This document shows, piece after piece, positions 54,701 to 63,700 of a stretch of DNA of 64,000 nucleotides. A program made the position numbers and the translations under genes. The notes under the pieces are model-generated. The model was not told where the DNA came from. It saw only the letters and a list, made by a program, of their open reading frames with translations, and made no database searches. Source of the DNA: a virus (taxonomy: Duplodnaviria > Caudoviricetes); IMG/VR virus record IMGVR_UViG_3300036045_000513, positions 1,201-65,200 of that record; one strand, given 5' to 3'. Every line of letters begins with the position of its first letter. Within the stretch, counting starts at the first letter, position 1.

Positions 54701-57700
54701 CGCGGGCAGGGCGGGCTGTTCGAGAAACCCGAACCCGCAGCACCGGCGACGGATCAGGCTGGACCCCGGGGCGAGGCCGGCCCGTCGTCGGTGCCGGGCC
54801 AAGCAACTGCAACACCGGCGCAAGCCCAGGTCCGCCCGTCGGCACCGCCCGAGTCTGTCGGACAGGTGCCCGCGCCGGCGGTTGCGGCCCCGGAGGAATC
54901 TGCAACGCCAGCCGCGAAGGTCAAGGCCGAGGCCGAGCGCGCGAAGCAGCCGCGGAAGGGCAAGGCGGCTGACTCGAAGCCAACGAAACCGCCGGCCAAA
55001 CAGAAGCCCATCGCCGCCGAGATCGACCGCGCGAAAGAGAAGCAGGCCCGCGCTGACCTCGATGCTGCCCTCGGCGAACTCGGCGAGCTGCTCGGGAAGA
55101 ACGTCAAGAAGAACATCACGCCCGAGCAGGAGCAGAAACTCCTCCCGATCCTCACGCGCGTATTCGATGCGGCGTTCCGCCTCGGCTACCTGAAGTTCAA
55201 GCAGGCCGCGCGCTTCGTATTGGAAACGATCCGCGCGAAGTTCGGCAACGACATTGCCGACAAGATCACGATTGACCATCTGCAGGGCGCCTACATCGCT
55301 CTCGGGCGTGACGGCAAAAGCAGTAAGTCAGAGGTGATCTCTTACGACTCGCTGGCTTCGCTTGTTGCCGAGTCCGATGCGGGTGTCGAATCCAGCGCGT
55401 CGGAGGTGAGTGCGAACGGTCTCGTGGCTAACCCCGAGGCGCTCACCAATCTCAGTGCAGTTCAGCCCGGAGCGAAAGAGCGCCGCAGCCGCGGCGATGT
55501 CGAGCCGCTGCGGAGCGTGTATCGCTTGATGCGCCGAATCGCTGAGGACCGCGAGGTTCTCGATTCTGTTGTCCGTTCGATCCCCGTTGATGTGGTGAAC
55601 GTGCTCCGTCGGGAGGAGTTTTCTCCCGAGAGCCTGTTCCATAACCCATCGGTGCTCGAAAACTTGGCCGGACTCCGAGGCAACGCGCCTGTATCCGGCG
55701 GCGTCAGTGCAGCCCGTGCGGTGATAGAGGCCACTGCAGCGTTTGCTGCAAAACCGGCCGGGGCGGAGCATCTTCGAGGCGCTTCGTTTGACCTCGACGC
55801 CGCATTGAATGCAATTGAAGGCGGGCGTAGTGGCTCTCCTAGTGGAGAGCGGATTGTACCAACGGAATCGACCGCTCTTGAAGCCGCCGCCGCCGAAGCC
55901 GACACCTCGCCGAGCGAAGCGCAGAAGGACGCGAACAACTACCGCCACGGCCACCTCACGGTCGCCGGACTCGACGTGTCGATCGAGAACCCCGCTGGCT
56001 CGACGCGCTCCGGTACCGGCACCGACGGCAAACCGTGGTCGGTAGTGCTCCGCTCTCACTATGGTTATCTTCGCGGCACCGAGGGCGCAGACGGCGACCA
56101 CGTCGACATCTTCATCAAGCCCGGCACGCCCCAGGACTACGACGGCCCCGTGTTCATCGTCGACCAGACGAAGCGCAACGGCCATTTCGACGAGCACAAG
56201 CTCCTTCTCGGCTGGCCGACCATCAACGAGGCATCCGGCGCCTTCCTCGAGAACTACGACGACCCAGAAGCGGCGAAGAAGCGCATCCGCAAGGTGACCG
56301 AGTGGACGCTGCCCGAGCTGAAGGCGTGGCTCGAGAGCGGCAAGCGGGAGAGGCCCGCTGCCGAGAGTACAATTCCCACTGAGGCTCCCAATGCTACAAG
56401 TCGCGACCCCGATCTGGAACGCGATCGCAGCGAACCAGATCCTCAAGAACGAGTGGGCGAGGGCGCTTTTCTCCCTACCGCCGGGCGAGATGATCGCGGA
56501 GATGGACAGACAGGCGACCTCTTTGGCGAAGCGCGGGATCCCGAATCCGGTCATCCTCGCCTACCAGACCGTCGCACCACTCCTCGCGGAGAACCTGGCG
56601 ATCAGCCGATTCATCGCGGAGACGGAGAACTTGGGACTGAGAGCGGCACTGCCGGAAGTGACCAGCGTCGCGGAAGCGCTCCTGTACGCTATCCCGGAGT
56701 ACAACCTGACGCAGCCGCAGGCGGCGCAGCTGAGAGAACTGCTCGAACGCTTGTAGGGCTCGAGCAGAAGCGCCTCGCCCAGCGCGCCGCCGAGAAGATC
56801 CCGGTCCAGACCGGCGACCTCGACAACATCCGGGCGACGCTCCCCTACCTCCTCGAAGGCCAGCAGGACGACGTCAAGTTCGCCGAGGACCGGTTCGCCG
56901 CCGGCGGGTACGGCGTGCTGTTCACGAACGGCACCGGTACTGGCAAGACCCTGGTTGGCCTCGGCATCATCAAGCGCGAGGCCCGTCGCGGCAACGAGGA
57001 CATCCTCATCGTCGCGCCGTCAGACACGATCCTGAAGGCGTGGATCGACTCCGGGTCGGAGCTCGGCCTGAAGATCCAGCAGCTCGCCGACACGCAGACG
57101 AACGGCGGCCGCGGGATCACCGCGACGACCTACGCCAACTTCCAGCAGAACGCCTCCTTGGTGAAGCGCCAGTGGGGCCTCGTCGTGTTCGACGAGGCGC
57201 ACAACCTCAACCAGAACAAGACCGGCGAAACCACCGAGGCGATGCGTGCCATGCACGCCGTCGCGAAGCACCCGAATCGTGGCAGCTATGACTTCGCCAA
57301 ACGCCTGTACCCGGAGGAGTGGGCGGCCTACGAGCGGGCAAGCGAGCTCGCCGAGAGCTACGTGCGCCGGCGCGCGCCGGTGCCGCCGGAGATCCGCGCC
57401 GAGCTCGAGCGCGCCCGCGCGGCGTGGCAGGCCGCCGAAGCGAAGGCGAAACCGGCGTGGGAGGCTCGCCCGCGGTCGCGCGCGGTGTTCCTCTCCGCGA
57501 CCCCGTTCGCCTACCACAAGACCACCGATTGGGCCGAGGGCTATCTCTTCGACTACGCGCCAGTGGAGGACGCCGGCTACAACAAGCGAAGCGGCGGACA
57601 GGACGCCTTCCTCATCGAGAAGTTCGGCTACCGCTTGCGGACGAACAAGCTCACCGAGCCCGAGGCGGGCGTCGACGTCTCGCTCATGGAGATCCAGTTC

Positions 57701-60700
57701 AACCAGTGGTTGAAGGATCAGAAGGTGCTTTCCGCTCGGGTGCTGGACGTCGACGCCGACTACGACCGCCGGTTCATCCTCACCGAGTCGGCCCTCGGGC
57801 GCCTGGTCGACGACGGCATCGACTTCCTGCGCGACGGCGGCGACTACAAGAGCGGCCACAAGTGGGAGCCGCTGTGGGCGAACCTGAAGGCCAACTGGCA
57901 GTACCACGATCGCCTCTATCTGCTTGAGGCGCTGAAGGCGCGCGCCGCCGTGCCGATGGTGAAGAAGCACCTCGAGCTGGGCCGCAAGGTCGTGGTGTTC
58001 CACGGCTTCAACAAGGGCGGCGGCTTCCATCCGTTCCGGTTCACGAAGTCGCCGGGCCGCACGGTCACCTATACGGTGAATCAGCGGCCGGTCACGGTGA
58101 AGTGGGACGACCTCGTCGACGAGTTCGAGAAGGCGCGCCCGGACCTCGCGAAAGCCGACTTCGACGGCCTCGGCTCGCCGCTCACCACGTTCAAGAAGGC
58201 GTTTCCCGACGACGCGGTGTTCTTCAACGGCACCGTGAGCCCGAAGGAGCGGCTGCGCGCGAAGAACGGTTTCCAGATCGACAACGATCCCGCCGTCATC
58301 ATCGTCGTGCAGCAGGATGCAGGTGGTGCTGGCGTGAGCCTCCACGACCAGACCGGGAAGCACCCGCGCGTGCTGATCAACCTCGGCCTGCCGATCAAGC
58401 CGACGCAGACGATCCAGACCGAGGGGCGGATCTACCGCGTAGGGCAGGCGTCGGACGCGATGTTCCGCTACCTCAACACCGGGACCAACTTCGAGCGCTG
58501 GACGTTCGCGTCCGTCATCAGCGAGCGCGCCGGCACCGCGGAAAACCTCGCCCTCGGCGCCGAGGCCCGCCGCCTCAAGGACTCGTTTGTCGAGGCGTTC
58601 CAGGACTCCGGTGACGCGAACATCGGCCCCGACGAAGGGACCGGCGGCAAGGCGAGGGACCGCGCCGACCGTCGCACGATCACCGATTTCGACAAGGCGA
58701 TCACCTACTACTACGCGAAGCAGAAACGCGCCGAGCGGCGCGACAACCGCCAGGGCGTCGACTACTTCGCCACCCCGGAGCCGCTCGCGCTGAAGATGGT
58801 GGAGTGGGCCGGGATCCGTCCCGGCGACGAGCTGCTCGAGCCCTCGGCCGGCCACGGCGCCATTGCGCGCTGGTTCCCGCGGCTGAACAAGGCGAAGATG
58901 GTCGAGCCCTCGTTCGAGCTCGGCACGCAGGCCGCGCTCGTCTCCGGCGCCGAGCTCGTCGGTGGCCGATTCGAGGACCACAACATCGTCAACAAGTACG
59001 ACGCCATCGTGATGAACCCGCCGTTCGGGCACGGCGGTTCGACGGCGATGGAGCACTTGAACAAGGCGGCCGGACACCTGCGCGACGGCGGGCGGATCGT
59101 CGCGCTGATCCCGACAGGACCCGCGGCCGACAAGGCGTTCGAGAAGTGGCTCTACGGCGACGAGAAGGACAAGGGCCTCAACTACGCCGCCGGGATGTAC
59201 CTCGCCGCGGACATCAACCTGCCGCGCGTGACGTTCGAGCGCGCCGGCACGAGCGTTGCCGCGCGCATCGTGGTGCTCGACCGCATCAACGACGTCAAGA
59301 CCGCCGAGAAGGTCCCGCAGCAGGTGTCGCGCGACTGGCGCGAGTTCGAGTCGATCAAGGACTTCTTCGAGCGGATCCGCGAGGCCGAGATGCCCGGCCG
59401 GCCGGAAGTCACGAAGGTCCAGGCGGCGACCGCGAAGGAGAAAGCCCGCGGCGCGACGGTGAAAGCCGGCAAGTGGTCGTTCGTGCTCGCGCCGGACAAG
59501 ACCGCGAGCGGCCGGGAAACCTTCACCGCGAAGCCAACCGAGCGCGTCGGCGACGAGTTCAGGTCGATGGCCAGCAAGGCGAAGTCGGCCGGCGGGTACT
59601 ACGTCCGCGGGTTCGGCAAGTTCGCGTTCTACAGCGAGGCCGACCGGCAGAAGTTCCTCGATAGCCTCGGCGGCGCGTTGTCGATCGACGATGCTACACT
59701 GCCCCGCGATGACGACCCTACGCCAGAAGAAGGCGCGCCGCTGGAGAGCCTTCGAGCGCTCTTTGCGGCAAAAAGCGGCCTCGCTATCCCGGAAGGGTCA
59801 ATCACTCGGGCCCCAATTCCTCCCGCACTCCAACCGCTCGCCGAGTGGGTCCGTGTACGTTTCGGCACCGAGGTTGTCGCCTACCGAGTGGGTGAAGGTG
59901 CTCCGCGCCCGATCGCATCTATCGCTGGAGCGAATCTTGGCGGACGCCTTTACATCCGAGCGAACGAGCGGGGACGAGCACACCTAACCGTCCTCGGGCA
60001 CGAGTTCCTGCATCAGCTGCGTCGCGACGACGAGGCGCTGTACCAGGAATTCATCCGCCTCGTCCGGCCCTACATCGACGCCGGCCGCTACGTCGACTTC
60101 TTCGCCGCAGCGAAAGAGAAGGGCTACGCGGAAGGCGAGATCTTCGAGGAGTTCATGGCGGACGTCCTCGGCGATGCGTTCACCAGCGAGTCGTTCTGGC
60201 AGACGCTCGGCCGCCAGAATCCCACGCTCCTCGAGCGCGTGTATGCCGTCCTGCGCTCGCTGGTACAGGCTGCGCGCCAGGCGCTCGGCGGACAGACGCG
60301 GATGGGCCCCTACCTCACCGACTACGACCGCGTCATGCGGATGGCTGGCGTCGTCGTCGCGAAGTACGCGGTCCGCGCCGAGGCCCAACGTGCTGGGCGC
60401 AAGGGCGAAGGGAAGCTGCACCGCGCCTACCACGGTTCGCCGCACGACTTCGATAAGTTCTCGTTGCAGAAGATCGGCATCGGCGAGGGCGCGCAGGCTT
60501 ACGGGTGGGGGATGTACTTCTCCAGCAAGAAAGAGGTGGCGGAATGGTACAAGCGCGAGCTGAAAGGCCGCAGTCCCGAGGCTGTTCGTCGCGCCGAGCT
60601 ACAGCAGCAGATCGACAGTCTGTTGGCTAAGGAGTCGCGCGCGCGAGGCGAGGCTCGACATGACCGCGCCGACGAACTGCTGCGTCAGGCCGGCGCCCTT

Positions 60701-63700
60701 TCAGACGAGCGCGATGCGATTCCCGAACCGAAAGGCCGCCTCTACACCGTCGATCTCGCGCCGCCCGAGGATTCGTATCTCGATTGGGACCGCCCGCTGT
60801 CAGAGCAGAGCGAGAGGGTCAAGGCGGCGCTTGCAACAGCCGGTCTTGCCGGTCCTACTCCGACGCCGAAATGGTCGCCGCGCGCCGACGGCGGGCAGGA
60901 GTACCGCGACTGGCGCGGCAATCGCCTGGGCGAATTCATTCCGAACAAGGCCGGCGGTTACGATTTCTACCACACGGCAAGCGGAAACCTGAAGTTTGAC
61001 TATCGTGGATGGGCAAAGACGCAAGAGGCGGCGCGCGCTGAAATTGAGCGCGGCAGTCAGCAGGAGTGGATCAACGCGCCGATGCTCGGCCGCGACCTGT
61101 ACGGCAACCTCGCCAAGAGCCTGATGCGGCGTTTGAGCGGCGAGGAGTTGCTCGATTTCAAGAACCAGATCGGCGCGTTTGATAGCAGTCAAGAGGCCGC
61201 CTCGAAGTACCTCCTCTCCCTCGGCATCCCCGGCCTGACCTACAAGGGCGCAACGAGCGGCGAGCGGAACTACGTGATCTTCGACGACAGTCTCGTGCGC
61301 ATCGAAGGAAAACTGTCCGTCGACGCGACCACAGACGACATCCTCGCCCCGCGCGCCCGCGTGGCGCCCCTCGACGCGATCGCCCGCGGTGTGTCCACCG
61401 CCACCGGCCTCACCCCGGCCTCGAAGTGGATCATCGACCAGCTGCTCACCAAGATCGGCGACCGCGTGCCGGAATCTGTGAAAGCCGGCGTCGTCGACAA
61501 GTACGGCCTGGACGAGCCCTACAAGCAACGTCGTGCTCTTGCTTTCGCTTCGATCCGCGGCCACTACCGCGATGGTCAGCGCTTCATCGACGCCCTCGGC
61601 CAGATCACCCGCGCCGAGGCGCGGATCATGCACGAGTGGATGACCAATCCGGAGGCGCGCACCGACGAACTCGAGCGCCAGCTCAAGCCCGAGCAGCTCG
61701 AGCGCCTGAAGGCGATGCGCGAGCACGTCGACAAGATCGGCTTGGAGGCCGTCCGCCTCGGGGATCTATCGAACGAGGTCTACGAGCGCCACAAGGGCGC
61801 CTACCTGCATCGCAGCTACCTGCGCCACGAGGTCGAAGCGACCGAAGGCGAGCAGCGCGCGCGCGCACGCGCGGTGCGGATCCTTGGCGACCAGTACAAC
61901 CTGCGCGGCATCAAGCACGAAGTCTCGCCGGACCAGGTGCTCTCGGTGCTCCCCAAGGAGTGGGGACTTCGCGCGAAGAAGCGCGGCGTCGAGGCGACGT
62001 TCCTCGGCAAGAAGTTCATCCGCTTCGAGCGCTACCAGAACCGTGGTGAAGGCACCGCCACGCTCGATGGGATGCCGGACCCCGCCGGCAAGGGGAAGTT
62101 GCTCGAGGTCGCCTACTGGCCCGAGGGCGAGGCCGTTCCGGCGCGCCTCGGCGACTGGTACCGCGAGCAGACCTGGGAGGCCCGTTGGGCGAAGGGCGAC
62201 AAGATCGTGATGCACCGCGACTTCACGCCCGACGAGCAGCAGAAGATGGGCGTCATCGACGAGGTCCGGTTCGCGGTCGCTCGCACGCTGCAGAAGATGG
62301 GCCACGACATCGAGATCAGCCGGTTCCTTGAGTGGATCGCTGATACCCATGCCAAGCCGGACGGCAAACTCCCCGCCGGCGCGATCCGCGTCCCGGCGAA
62401 GGAGGGCCTGTGGCGCGCGTTCGGCAAGGACGAGTGGGTGCAGGTGCCCGACACCGAGATCGGCAAGACCGGGGTGAAGAAGTACGGGAAGCTCTCCGGC
62501 CTGTGGGTGCCGGGCCCGATCTGGAACGATGTCCGCCAGCTTCGCACGATGGGCGCGTTCGGCCCGGAGTGGTTCCAGTCGATGATGCGCAGCTGGAAAC
62601 TCATGAAAACGGCCCTCAGCCCGGCCGTCCACATGAACAACACGATGGGCAACGTGTTCATGGCCGACTGGCACGACGTCGGGGCCCGCGCGATCAAGGA
62701 CGCGCTCGAGGTCATGGCGAAGCCCGAGGCGCCGGCGCACAAGCAGCTCATCGAGGAGTTCGAGGACGACGGCGGCACGCAGGGCATGTACGTGCTGTCC
62801 GAGTTGCAGAAGAACCAGCTGAAGCCGCTCCTCGACCAGCTTCGCGCGGAGATCGCCGAGAACGGCGAGACGATCCAGACGCAGGTCAGCGCCGCGCACG
62901 TCGCGACGCTGCTCGGTGAGCGCCGGTTTGCCGACGCCTGGGCGGCCGCGAAGCTATCGAAGCCCGGCAACTTCATCCGCCGCGGCGGGCAGTTCATGAT
63001 CGACCTGTACCAAGACGAGGACACGGTGTTTCGCCTCGCCGCCTACATCCAGGCGCGCCGCGACGGCAAGAGCAGGCTGGAAGCCGGGAAGTTCGCCCGG
63101 GAGTCGTTCCTCGACTACGACATCAATGCTCCCTGGGTCCAGATGGCGCGGCAGACCATCTTCCCGTTCATCAGCTTCGTCTACCGGGCGGTCCCCATGA
63201 TCGTGCGGACGGCGCGCGATCGCCCGTGGAAGCTCCTCAAGCTCGCCGCGGTCGCCGGCGCGCTGAACGCGCTCGCCTACGCCGCCACCGGCGCCGATGA
63301 GGACGACGAGCGCGAGGCCCTGCCGGACGAGAAGCGCGGGAAGGTGCTCGGGTTCCTCGTACCGAAGTTGCTGCGGATGCCGTGGAACCGCGACGGCAAT
63401 CCAGTGTTCCTCGACATCCGCAGGTTCGTGCCGGTGGGCGACATCATCGACTTCGAGCAGACCCACACCGCGATCCCGGTGCCGCCGCCGATGGTGCCCT
63501 CAGGGCCGATCGCGATCCTCTTTGAACTCGTCCTGAACCGCTCCGCGTTCACCGGCCAGCCGATCGTGAAGGAGACCGACACGCTCGCCGAGGCCGCGCA
63601 GAAGGTGCTGAACCACGCCTACAAGTCGTTCACCCCGAACCTGCCGGGCCTGCCGGCGACCTACTCGACCGAGCGGCTCATGAAGGCCGCGCGCGGTGAA

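Noticed and set aside
50039-59077. Long antisense ORFs such as 50039-52759 and 57020-59077
   Set aside because: Typical high-GC shadow ORFs with no motifs; only the HNH part of 55328-56554 has recognisable domains
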